Made by a program: the position numbers and the translations under genes. A DNA stretch of 64,000 nucleotides, taken from NCBI GenBank assembly GCA_963575745.1, contig CAUYUJ010000048.1, positions 310,001 through 374,000 of the forward strand, in the 5' to 3' direction. Source of the DNA: Prorocentrum cordatum (lineage: Eukaryota). How positions within the stretch are numbered: the stretch's first letter is position 1; every line of letters starts with the position of its first letter. Under the pieces are notes generated by a model. It made no database searches and was not told the DNA's origin. It saw only the letters and a list, made by a program, of their open reading frames with translations. This document shows, one piece after another, positions 35,501 to 47,420 of this stretch.

Positions 35501-38500
35501 ATTTTTAAAACCGTTTTTCGTCCAAAATCCGCCTGATGGGGGGCACGCCCTCGACCCCTTCCAGGGGGCCAGCTTCTCAGCCCGAGCCGCTCCTCTCTGC
35601 GGCCTCCGGGGCCCTGCAGCCTGCCAGGAGCCCTCGGGGTGGTGGAGCACGGCCAGGGGGGAACAAAAACACACAGACACAATTAGTCGTCGATTCCCCA
35701 GAAAATATGGGAAAATATTGGAAGTTGGGGGGGAGACAAAAACCCGGAAAATATGGCAAAATATGGGTGGGTCCTGTTAAGTATGTGTGTGTGTATTTAT
35801 TTGCGTGTCCCGGGGCCCCATTCAGCCACGGACCTCCCACCGTGCTCTGTTTCTTCGCGGTGCTGGGGACGCGATCGCTGTTTTGCCGATCCGCGCGGGC
35901 CCTCGCACCCCCCCCCCCTGGAGTCGATCCTGGCTAATGGAGGATGACGATTAATAAATGACCGGGAGTCGTGTTCACGCGGCGGCGCCCGGGAGGACGA
36001 TTGGAAAAAGCCGGCCGCGGGCTGGAAAACTATGTTTTTTTTTTTTTCATCGTTCTCCTCCAGTCAGAAAGTTGTGCAGAATAGCAGAAAACTATTTTTT
36101 CAATCGTTCTCTCCCATTTTTTTCTGGCGCCTGCTCATTCCCGTATTAATTCTGGCGCCTGCTTCGAGGACTAGGTGGAGCCTCCCCCGCAGGGCGCACT
36201 GCTGCAAGCCGTCGCACCGAGCCGAGGTCCGGCCAGCTAGGCAGGCCCCCCCCCCGCTCCCACCCCAGTCTGCCCCAATGTCGAGACGCCGAAGACGAAA
36301 AAAAACAACGCTCCCGATTGTTTGGGGGGGGGGGATGGGGGACAGGGGCGGAGAAGGAGCGTGGAGGCGAGAGACGGATCGAGAGAGAGAGAGAGAGAGA
36401 GCCGGAGGGGCGTCCGCAGCCGCGAGGAAGCTCTCAAATATACTTTCGTCCCTCCCGCTGGAGCGGCGGCGGCCAGGGGCCACCCCGGGCGGTCCTCTGC
36501 AGCCTCCTCCTCGGCCTCCTCCTGCTCTGGACGCCCGGAATGGGTACCGAAAGAATGGGTACGATGCCCAACAGCAGTTCCTGTTCATTCTGAACAGGAC
36601 TCGCTGTCCACGCCGCCGCGGCCTGTGTCCATTCGAGACAGAAGGCCGCCTGTCCAACAGCGGCCGCTGTTGGTTTGGGACAACATTTGTTGTTGGGCAT
36701 AGTGCCCATTCTTTCCGTACCCATTTCGGGCGTCCAAACCTGCGTTCCTTCCTCCTTCCTCGTGGCATCGCTCGGGCGTGTGCACGTTTCCTCGGCGAGG
36801 ACCTCCGGGGAGCATCCTCGAAGATCAGTCAAGCAGCAACGAGCCAAAGCACACACGCGGAAGCGAACGGCGCACGGGGAATGGACGTCCGAGCGATGGC
36901 GCGTCCTCCTCCTCCCACCTCCTCCCAAGGCCGATCTGCAAGGGTCGGCATTATCAGCGATCGGGGGTCACCGTCGAGCACGGGTCCTGGAATACGTCAG
37001 CTGGCTAACGTGTTTTAGCATTGGTGATGTGAACGTCAAAATTCCAGGCCCTCCCAACGGATCAGAACCCTCCGGAAGCATCAAACTTAAGGCTCCGTCC
37101 TTTCCTGCTTTTCATCCTTTCCCTCCCCTTCACCTTCCCCCCACCCTAAAAAAGGGGCCCCTCGACCACGGGGTGCGTTCTGGCCAGCATCGAAGGGAAA
37201 TGCGGCCGATGCGACTAGAAGCGGCCCAGAGGACCGAACGAGGTGAGAAATTATCAACCAAATATCTCCTTCTTCGATCACTTCCCTTCTGGGCGGGGGA
37301 GTGGGCGTACGCCTCTGATGCTTCAAGAAACGGAGTCCAAGGAGCTCTCGACCGCTTCGGGGGACCCGCGTCCTGGAGCCCAGAAATTGCTCCCAGAAGT
37401 GACGAACACTTTCGGCATTCTGACTTGTGAGCGTGCCCTGGCCAGATCTGTCAGGCACATCCAGCCGTGGCGACGAGAAGCCTCCTGGGGATGGCCCAGA
37501 AAGGCTCGAGGACATTCAGAACCTCGAGCCTCGAGCCTCGAGGAAGGGACATCGAGGTCCGATGTCTTCTTCTCGCTGGTTGTTGTCATGATACGCACGG
37601 GGCCCCCGCAGGTCCCGACCCTTTCTCTCCAGGGCCGGCTTCCACCCTGAGCCCTACGCCACTCTTACTCTTCGAAGGCCCCTGGGCCGGGTGAGGGCCC
37701 CAGAGGGGGCGAAGCCGGCGAGCCACCTCCGCACTGCTGAGGGCTCGGCTCCTCGCGCCGGAGGCCGCTGCGGTCGGCGCTCGCCCCGCGCTGCTCTCCG
37801 AGGGTCCTAGATGGTAGGGGGCCACATGCGAACCCTACCCCTGCCCCCCCCGATTTTTGAGGGGGAGGCTGGGGTTCACTTCGCTCGGGGGAGGGAGGGG
37901 TGGGGTCTTTGAGGGGGAGGGAGGGTGGGGTTTTTGAGCGAGGTGAACCCCACCCTCCCCTTCAGAAATCGTTGGGGGTATAGGGGTAGGGTTCGCATGT
38001 GGCCCCCCCTACATGGGGCCCGGCGAGGGCCCCCGGAGAGGGCCCGGGCGCCAAGCCGCGGCTCGACTGCTCGGTCTCCTGCCCGGGCCCTCCTCCGCGC
38101 GTGGCCCCTGGCTGCCCCGCACCGGCGCCTCCCCAGGCCCCCCCCGCGGGTGTGAGCCCGCCGGCCGCGCCCCGGCGCCAGCGCGCACCCATGCCCGCCT
38201 CCGAGGAGGGAGAGATCTGCGAGGCGAGCCCTGCGGCGGAGGACCCCGCGGCCCGTCGCCTCACGCGGTAGATAGGGAGGGCGGCTCGGCGGCGCGCGCG
38301 GGGGGAGCCCCGCTTCGTGGGCCCTCTCGGGAGACTCGGGGGGTCGAGCGAGGAGGGGATCGGCTGCAGGAGGGAGCTGCCCCAGGGTTGTGAAGTGCTC
38401 CCCCGAGCCTGTTCGGAGATGACAGGGCGCTCCAGAGATCCTCGGGGCATCCTGCGCACGCTCCGCAGCGTCGAGTGAAGAAAGTATATGCTCTTGCTGC

Positions 38501-39110
38501 AGGTCGGTCCTGCAACCGTTCTCCTGCGTGGAGAGGCGGGCGACGGCCAGTGTGTGTCAGGCGGCCAGAGGTGGTCGCCCTCCTCCAGAGGAGGGGCGGC
38601 GCGAGCGCGCTCGGCCTCGCGGGCGCGAAGATGAGCAACCGCGCGTCGCGCATCGCGGGGCGCGGTGCGCGAGCACTGGGCGAGGGGGCGGGCCTTCTCA
38701 GACCAGGAGGTAATGATCGGTATCCTTTATCCGCTCCCCATCCCCATCCCCATCCCCTTCGAGACCCCCACCAAATTACCACCCCAGTTGGGGATGCACC
38801 CCTCGAAACCCGAAGGGAACGGCCTATATCCCCTATCTAGGGGGGTAAATCGGCCAGTGGGGCCCAGGCCACGCCACTGGGCCATGGATCGCGCAATCCG
38901 TGGGCCATGGGTCGCGCGATCCATGGGTTGCGCCGCATGCTATGGGGCAGTGTTTGCAACCCATGGATGTCGCAACCCACAACGCACCACATGGATCGCA
39001 CACACCACACACAAACAAACACACACACACATACACAAGTACACACACACACACACTCACGCAAACGCACACGCACACGCACACGCACACGCACACGCAC
39101 ACGCACACGC

Positions 39111-39157
<47 letters not shown>

Positions 39158-39163
39158 ACACAC

Positions 39164-39202
<39 letters not shown>

Positions 39203-42200
39203 CACACACACAACACACACACGCGCACACGCGCACACGCGCACACGCGCGCACACGCGCACACGCGCACACGCGCACACGCACACACGCGCACACGCAC
39301 ACACGCACACACGCACACACGCACACACGCACACACGCACACACGCACACACGCACACACGCACACACGCACACACGCACGCACGCACACACGGTGCAGG
39401 TTCTACAGGGCCCCCGATGAATGCTCGACGTTCGGGCCGGCGGTGGGGTGGAACCCGCTCGGCAAGGTGCCCTGCGCGTTCCTGTCTTCCACGGCGCGAG
39501 GGAGTCTGGGTTGCCCGAGGACTCGCCGCTCGCCGCCGACGCCGGCCGCGTGCCCTCCCCGCCCGACTCGGACGACGGGGAGATCCGCGAGCCCGACGCC
39601 CCTGGGGAGGGCCTCCCCGACGCCGTGCGCCCCGAGGCCTGGCTTCTGCGCCTGCACGCCGCCCTCTCCGTCAGCCTTGGCATCGCTCGGACGTGTGCAT
39701 TTTTCCCTCGGCGAGGAGCATCGAGGAGCATCCTTGATCGTTGGGCGAAAACACCACGCGCGAAACCGAAGCAAAAACACAGGGAATGGACGTCCGAGCG
39801 ACGGCAAGCAGCAGCAGCAGCAGCTCCGAGGCACGCACCCCGCGGCGGCGCGGCCGGTGTGCCGCGCCGGCGCGTCGGCGACCCCAGCGGCGCCGGCGCG
39901 TCCGCCAGCCTTGCGCCGGCCGGCATCGGAGGATCTGCGCTGCGGGAGCCTTGAGACGGGGGTCAATGCAGACGGGGGTCAGCCAGGGCACCAGATCCTG
40001 CAGGATCCTGCGAAGACCCCCTCTGGCCCCTCTGGCTGACCCGGGTTAGCGAGCCGCTCGTGGCCGCGAGGCGGCCGCGCATATTGGCTGACCCGGGTTT
40101 GCGAAGACTTGCGTTGCAGTTTTTGTTTTCCTGCATTGCAGTTTTTGGTTTCCTGCTGACCCAGGTCTGGACTGACCCGGTTCAGAAGATCCCCGATCGA
40201 GGTTGAACGCTTCACGCGGTGTTAAGAAGCCACCCGACTTCTTCGCGGCACGAAGTGGCTGTTCGTTGACCTGGCGCTCGCTGCTCCCGAGCATGCACTC
40301 TGCCTCGAAGTAAGTGGCTGTGGTTGCACAGGTTGCTTCGGCAAGAGAAGGTCAGCCACTGTTCGTGCAGCATGGTCCACCAATCAAACAAACGGAGGAG
40401 GTGATCTTGAGGCTTTCTGGGCAGGCCCCGTGGGGGACTGGCCGACTGGCCCTACGCAACCTACCCTGAAGGCATGACGGGGGTCCTACACCTACCTTGG
40501 CTAAACTTTGCGTTTTTAAGGCGCGCACGTTTAGCCAGGGTAGGTGTAGGTGCCCCCCACAGCCACTGGGCACGGGTGGCGCTTGCCTTGGTAGATCCGC
40601 GAGACAACCTTTGCCAGGAATGCGTTTTCCCCGCAATGCATTGCACGACCTGTTCTGTCCAGAATCCCTGATCCTACGGCTGTTTGGGAAAACCGCGGCG
40701 TGGGCGCTTGCATGCGACACATAGCCCTGGGATTCACACCGCCCAAGCAAGGACGGGCGGCCTTGATTAGTGAGACGCTTGCCCGCGTGTGCTCAGACTG
40801 AGTGGTCGGCTGGTCACATTTGTTGTGTCGCCTCAGATTTGGCCAAGAGAGGGAGGGTGGGCAAGGGTTGGGCAATTTCTTGATGGCGCAGTGGATGCAC
40901 TAACGCACGCTGTGTTGGAACTGGGGAGCGCCCGTTGCCTCAACATCCGTCGCCGTTGGAAAACGAAGACATCGTAGGCAAAATCACGACCCGAGCTCCT
41001 CGACCCCGGCTTCCGACGTGATGCTTCGAGCCAGATCCGTCCACGAGGGCAGCTTCCCCGTCATGTTCTTCGGCAGCAAATCATGGGAGCCTGCTGCACC
41101 CTCTTCATTCCATCTGTGGCGCCGAGTGGCGTCTGGGAGCCGAGGAGGTCGCGCCGATGTGGCGTCGGCATAGCGTCGATCGGCGTGGATTCAGCGTGAC
41201 GGTGTGGGAGGCTCCCACGAGTTGCCACCGAGCTGCTCCTCCCCTCCCCTCGGGCCGAACGAAAGGGGGGGATTGGGAAAGGGGGGGTTACGAAATCTGC
41301 TGCGTGCAGCTGGTTTCGGCCCCACCGAGGGGCCCGTTCCTCGATACATAGGCGCCTCCTGGCGCCGGGAGGCGCCGGGAACATCAGCTACGTGAGCTGA
41401 TTCTCAAACCCCCCCTTTGCTATCCCACCCTTTCGCCCGACCCGATACCCGCCGCGCAACCAGCAGCGGCATCTGGACCGAGCGCGAGCTCCACACCGAG
41501 CGCCCGGCTCCAGGGCCCCAGAGCCTCGCGCCCGGAATAAAGAGCACGCGTGGCGCTGGAGGTCTGGGTGTGCGGATCGGTGCAGCTGGTGGTCGTGTCC
41601 TTGCTCACGGTTCGGCCGACTCCTCGTCGTCGTCACTGTTTGACTCGTCGTCGTCAGTTTTCTGCAACCCTCCCCTGGGGGGCTCCAGGTTATTCAGGAG
41701 GGAAAGAAACACACAGACGCAATGAATCGTCGATTCCAGGGAAAACGTACCAAAATATGGGAGGTGGGGGGGGAAGGCAAAAACCAAACAAAGATATGGG
41801 AAAACATGGGGCATGTTTTTATTTGTGTATTTATGTGTGTGTGTGTGTGTGTCCCAGGGCCCCTTCAGGTTCGGCCGACTCGTCGTCGTCACTGTTTGAC
41901 TCGTCGTCGTCGTCAGTCCTCTGCAGCCCTCCCCTGGGGGGGCGCTCCGGGGTAGGGTCGTCGGCTTCTGGAGCCCTCCCCCCCCCTTCGCATTTCCTGG
42001 CGTCGCTCGGACGTGTGCATTTTTCCTTCGGCGAGGACCGTCGAGGAGCATCCTGGATCATTTGGCGAAAAAAAACCACGCCCGAAACCGGCAAAAGCAC
42101 AGGGAGTGGACGTCCGAGCGACGGCAGGATTTTCATCGCGAGCCCACGTCGTCGGTCTCGAGGTTGCTTGGGTGCAATAGCTTCGATTCACCGGTGACTT

Positions 42201-45200
42201 GCCGATCGGCGCGGGCCCGCTCAGTCCCTCCCCCCAGTGGGCCCCGGAAACGGCTGGGCCGGTTTGTTGGACCGTGTCCGGAAAAGTGTCTATTGAAAAA
42301 ATGGAAGCGGCAAAAAGCACGGCGAACGGAAACGGCGAAAAAAGGCCTTTAGGATTGGAAGCCGAGCGGGAACTGGTAAAACAACGCTGTCGGAACCGTC
42401 GACACAACGGCAAACGGAACCGGTAACAGAAACGGCCTTGTTGTTTCCAAGGCCCACTAAGCCTTTCCCCCCCATGGAGTAGATATTGGCTTTTGTTGGC
42501 GCCTGTTTCAAGCAGGTGGAGTCTCCCCCATAGGACGCACGGTTACAAACAGTCGCATCAAACAGAGGTCTGGAGCCAGACCCCCGCCCCTCCCCCGCCC
42601 CCCTTCCGCCCAACGTCGAAACGTCGAATGAGAAAACGGTCGATTCCGATCATTTACTAGTCCGTATTAGTCCGTTGTTCTTTTAGCTTGGCTGGGCTGC
42701 TGCTGGGCTTACTGGGGCCGAGTTCAGCGTTGGCTCGGCCTTGGCTTTCGCTTCGGCTGCAGCCGCATGGACGGTGTCGACAAGGTTCATGTGTGAAGGT
42801 TGCTTGGGTGATCAACCGCTCATCTGATGAGCATGCTCCGTTGCGCAGTGGAAAGAGTGTGGCCTTCACCTATGATCCGTGGCCGTGTCGAATGAGATTG
42901 TGGCACGGCGGGAGACCCGGGAGTTACTCTTGCTGCTCAGGTCGGGCGAGCTAGGCTCGCAGGCGACAGCGACGACGACGACGACAGCGACGACGACGGC
43001 GACGACGACGACGAAGACATGGCTCTCCCACTGCGCCCGCCTCTCTCGCGGCGGCGCCTTCGCGCCCCCCCAGGCCGCGGGCGGCCAGACCGCTGCACCG
43101 AGCCAGCGCGCGGACCCCCGCGTGGAGCCGCTGAAGGCCGGCAGGGGGCGGGCGGGGCGTCTGCGTGCCGGCCAGTCGCTCGGAGCGTCCGCCGTCAGGC
43201 AGTGGCTAGGCGTCCTGGCGTGCCTGGAGGCCTGCCAGAGGAGGGTCTGAGAGCCTTTGTGAGATTTGCACGGCACGTTCTCGGAACAGTTCTGGCTGAG
43301 TCAGCCCTGTTTCGACACATCGGGCTCCTGTTCTGAGGAGATGGGCTTCTGTTCTTAGAACATCTCTGGGTTCTAAGAACATGTCGTGGTAGGCCTCTCG
43401 GAATGCCGGGACGGTCGGTCTCTGCCCAACGCCGGGTGCAGACGCTGCGCTGGGGCGTCAGCTGCTGGCGCCCACTGCCGGCCAGGCCGAGGCCCCGTCG
43501 CTTCCGCGGCGGGCCCTTTGCGGGCCAGCGTGTCAAGCTGCGTCCAGGCGTGGCCAGGAGAGCGCCACCCCCCCCCCCAAAGGCCCGAGGCAGGCAAGCG
43601 CGTGTGCGAGAGTCCCTGATTCGCGAACCCCCCCCCCTTGACAGGTCGCACGGCCAGGGCCGAGGAGGACAAGGTTAGGAGGATGCGCGGGGGGATCTGA
43701 CGCCACGGGAGTGTCCGAGGCCGTGCCGGTGAAGGAGGAACCGGAGGAGGAGGAGGCGGCAGGAGGAGGAGGACAAGGGAGAAGGAGGAGGAGGAGGAGG
43801 CGAAAGAAGGGCAAGGGAGAGAGGAGGAGCAGCAGAGCGGCATCTAGGAGGTAGGTGGAGTGTTTGGAGGAGGGGGAGGTTGCAGATAGGAAGGAGGGGA
43901 GGAGAAGGAGCGGGGAAGGAGGAGGAGGAGGAGGAGGAGGAGAAGGGATGACAGAGGGAGGGGGAGGGAGGAGAGAGTAGGGAGGAGGGAGGTGGGAGGA
44001 GGAGGAGGAGGAGGAGGAGGAGGAGGAGGAGGAGGAGGGAGGTGGGAGGAGGAACGATGGAGGAGGGAGGAGGGAGGAGGAATGACGGAGGGGAGAGCGA
44101 GGGAGGGCGGAGGGATTAGCGAGGAGTATCGCAGCAAGGTGAAGATGGACCGCCGCAGGGATCCAACCTACCCGAGTGGAGGCCGCTTCCCTCACCCCAG
44201 GCTTATCCTGGGCGGTATTGTGGGGGGGCCTGATCAAAAATGGCCTGTCCAGAGAACGTCCGAGGATACCCCCCCAGAGCAACTGGACATACCGAAGCCG
44301 CAGCTGAGAACGTTTGGCTCCCAACCAATACCGTTCTTGTAGCTGAACGCGTGGTGTTCCAGCTACATCCCCTGAAGGCAATGCGGGCCTGCTAGCAATT
44401 TCGCACTACGACCTCACCTCCGCACTGCCGACCTTCGCATACGAGCTGATCCCAGAACTGTATCTGAAGACGTTCGCTCCTGCACTTCCGCTTTATGGCA
44501 TTGCCAAAGACTGCTGCCACGGCGTGCCATGCTCGCATTGCCGGCGCCTGCTGCCACTGCTTGCTTTCGCGCACGAGCTCGCTCCTGCATTTCCGCCTCC
44601 TCGCAGTGCCAAGACTTGCTGCCATTGAGCGCCCATCACGCATCGCCGTGCCAGCTCCTGCTGCCATTGCGTGCCTCCGCACACAAGCTGATCCCCGCAT
44701 TGTAGCTAGTGATGTTCGCTTCTGCGCGCTTCTCGCAGTACCAGCGCCTGCTGCCACTGCTCGCCTTTTCCGCTATCGGGCTCCGCGCGGAATCAGCTGA
44801 TGGCATCGGGTTCGACCTTCGCCTTTTCTCGATGCGTCGGGCACCAGCTTCACCTCCCACTCTTTGGCATGAGGAGTTTGGTGTGGTTCCAACTTCACCC
44901 TGGCCTGATCCCAGCACTGTAGCTGATGGCATCTGGCTCGTCCTTCATCGGCCTCCCTCTTCACCGCTGGCTTTGCTCATCGCGTCGGATGCAGCTGACG
45001 GCATTGGGCTCGTTCTTCACCTTGACACAGCGCCACCGCAGGCTGCCACTGCCTGCCTTCTTGCTCGCACGGGCTGCTCCCGGCTCTGTTGCTGATCGTG
45101 GCCCACCCGCTTTTTTCTCGCCGCGCCAGCGTCTGCTGCCGCTGCGTGCCCCCTTTCTCGCACGGGCTGCTCTCAGCGTTCCTGCCGATCATGGCCCCCC

Positions 45201-46490
45201 CCGCACTTGCCTCGCAGCGCCAGCGTCTGCTGACGCTGCGCGCCCCCTTTCTCGTACGGGCTGCTCCCAGAGTGGCCGCTGAAATTGGCCCACCCGCGCT
45301 TTTGTCGTCCTCGCAGCGCCAGCTCCAACTGCCACTGCCTGCCTTCTCGCACGGCCTGATCCCTGCCATGTACAGTCGGGGCCCTGAAGAAGGAACCCTT
45401 TTCGTTGAGGAGGGGCTCCGTGCTCCTTGATTGTTTCACAGCTTGCCTCAGGCTTTCCTCATGTTTTCGACAGGAGATCGAAGGTTAACTTATGGAAAAA
45501 AAGAGGCCTCGTTCCTTATTTAGGGTTCCTTAGGTCAACGCCCCGACTGTAGCTGATCATGACCTTGGTAAGTGCTGCACTTCCGCCGCGGCGCGCAGGG
45601 AGGCCGGCGCCGCAGCTCGCCAGACTGACCAGGGGGGGGGGAAGGAGGAGGAAGAGGACGACGAGGGAGGAGGAGAATAAGGAGGAGGAGGAGGAGATGG
45701 AGGAGGAGGAGGAGGTGGAGGATCACGAGCAGGAGGAGGAGGAGGAGGAGGAAGAGGAGGAGGAGGAGGAGGAGGAGGACGACGACGAGGGAGAGGAGGG
45801 GAGGGCGGAGGCAGCCCAGCCTCCCGGCGGGTGCGCTCGCGCCTGTTCTCAGCACTGCAGCTGATGACGTGGGGCGCCACGCTGCTCGATGTCGGCTCTC
45901 GCGAGCAAGGCCATGTCGACGTTTGCCCGCGGAGCACCCTTGCGCGCCCCGTGCAGGTTTGGGTCGCTCGAGCGCGGAATGGCTGGACGGCGGAGGGACG
46001 GAGGAGGAGGAGGAGGAGGAGGAGGAGGAAAAGGAGGAGGAGGAGAATAAGGAGGAGGAGGAGGAGAAGGAGGAGGAGGAGGATCACGAGCAGGAGGAGG
46101 AGGAAGAGGAGGAGGAGGAGGAGGAGGAGGAGGAGGAGGAGGCAGCAGCAGGCGGGGCACGAGGGAGGAGAGAGGTGGGAGGCCCGCAGGGCCACCGCGC
46201 CCCACGGACAGGTCGCCCTCACCAGGCGCCGGGAGCGCTTCCTCAAGCGGACCCTCGCCGAGGCCGGGCTGTACGCGGCCGCCGGCCAGCGGCGCGCCGC
46301 CCCCAAACAGGGCCCGCAGGCGCGCGCGCGCGCGCCCGCCGCCCGCTCTGCCAGAGGGCGCAGGGCCTTCGCGGAGGCCCTTCGGCGAGCCTTCTTGGAG
46401 GACCTTCCTTCGGGGGGGTACGGAGGCCCATGGGAGGTCTTCGGGGGCGCCCCTCGGGAGAGGCTGGGGCTCGACCTAACAGCGGTGTGC
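32501..46490 (+). CDS. Scattered candidate exons of one or more unknown + strand genes (e.g. 32501-32690, ~32870-32953, 33215-~33357, ~34915-35068, ~38030-38250, ~39400-39675, ~43020-43245, ~45850-45956, ~46145-46470)
   Basis: Protein-like GC3-rich segments between TIR elements. One clean junction: KTEVFRSV-R-LLAVGPLLYHLL via GC-AG intron 32954-33214. EEGEI/DDGEI motifs occur at ~38.2 and ~39.6 kb. The full model was not resolved. Confidence 0.35.
35092..35233. mobile_element. Singleton hairpin/TIR element
   Basis: aactatacacctacaccgatcctggccagg ... cctggcaaggattggtgttggtgtatagtt. Confidence 0.7.
35652..35823 (+). mobile_element. Family F element (~170 bp). Other copies: ~41692-41866 and 62813-62980
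   Basis: aaacac.cagac.caat...tcgtcgattcc...aatatggg...gtgtgtatttat..g.gtgtccc.gggcccc shared by 3 copies. Confidence 0.85.
36527..36738. mobile_element. Singleton long-TIR element
   Basis: tggacgcccggaatgggtaccgaaagaatgggtacgatgcccaaca versus tgttgggcatagtgcccattctttccgtacccatttcgggcgtcca. Confidence 0.75.
37817..38007. mobile_element. Family K fold-back element; shorter copy at 61589-61707
   Basis: Perfect arms gggggccacatgcgaaccctacccct / aggggtagggttcgcatgtggccccc. Confidence 0.85.
38998..39392. repeat. (CA)n / (CACACG)n / (CGCACACA)n compound microsatellite
   Basis: Direct reading of the sequence. Confidence 0.95.
40478..40558. mobile_element. ~80-bp hairpin mini-element
   Basis: gggggtcctacacctaccttggctaaac ... 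gtttagccagggtaggtgtaggtgccccc. Confidence 0.7.
44392..45565 (-). pseudogene. Decayed pentatricopeptide-repeat (PPR) array
   Basis: Minus-strand fragments such as KVEPDAIS, NITSYNAGISLC, SSPCEKGG, GRQWQPAVAL and KQWQQA match the PDxISYNAxISACEKGxQWQxAL PPR motif. Many frameshifts are present. Confidence 0.75.
45373..45549 (+). mobile_element. Family G Tc1/mariner-like MITE (~176 bp). Other copies: 62405-62580 and interrupted ~16502-16878
   Basis: TA|CAGTCGGGGC ... GCCCCGACTG|TA with shared interior tctcgttggggaggggctc and ggcctcgttcctt..ttagggttcctt. Confidence 0.9.
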
Positions 46491-46969
46491 TCTGGGCGAT
46501 CTCGTGGGCCGCTTTTTCGTTTGGGTTTCGTTTCGGAGCAGGGGCGGAGCGGGGACAAACCGAGGGAAAACGAAAGCAGAACGGAATCGGAAACCAGGGT
46601 CTGGGTCGAGCCCAGCTGGAGGCCCTCTGGAGGCGGCCGCTGCCGCTGCCGAGGTCGTCGCCTTTTTCGCCGCGGCCGATGGTTCTCTTGGCATCGCTCG
46701 GACGTGTGCATTTTTCCTTCGGCGAGGACCGTCGAGGAGCATCCTTGATCATTTGGCGAAAAAACCACGCACGAAACCGAAAACAACACAGGGAATGGAC
46801 GTCCGAGCGATGGCCAGTTCTGCCTCGGCGCGGGGGAGGAAGTTGGTCTCGGCGGGAGAGAACCTGGCCCCTGGGCCCGTGCTGGAGTGCTCTTGGGCTA
46901 GGGTCTCGAAGAGGATCCCGGCGTGGCGACGGACGCAACGACGAGGCGCGAGGACGACAAGCGAAGTCG

Positions 46970-47023
46970 ACGATGTCGACGACGATGGACACGACGGCGA
47001 CGGACACGACGAGCACGACGAGC

Positions 47024-47063
<40 letters not shown>

Positions 47064-47420
47064 CAGCACCAACACCGCCCTAAGCCCTCGACCCTGGAAC
47101 CTCGAAGGGTCGGGCCCCGCCGCCCTCCGGTGCCGCCGCCGCGGCCGCACCCTCCTTGCCGTGGCGTGTCGGCGCCGTCGGCTTGCGGACCGCCGCAGCT
47201 CGGCTGCGGCGTTGTGTCGTCGCCGTCGTCGCCGTCGTCGTCGCCGCCGTCGTCGTCGCCGCCGCCGTCGTCGTCGGCGCCGTCGCCGCCGTCGTCGTCG
47301 TCGCCGCCGTCGTCGTCGGCGCCGTCGCCGCCGTCGTCGGCGCCGTTGCCGTCGTCGGTGCCGTCGGCGCCAGCGTCGGCGCCGTCGTCGTCGGCGTCGG
47401 CGGCGTCGCCGCCGCGGCGG
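46970..47420. repeat. (GAC)n and (GTC/GCC)n tracts
   Basis: Direct reading of the sequence. Confidence 0.9.

Noticed and set aside
38833..39390. His/Thr- or Cys/Val-rich ORFs as metal-binding proteins
   Set aside because: They derive from the (CA)n compound microsatellite.
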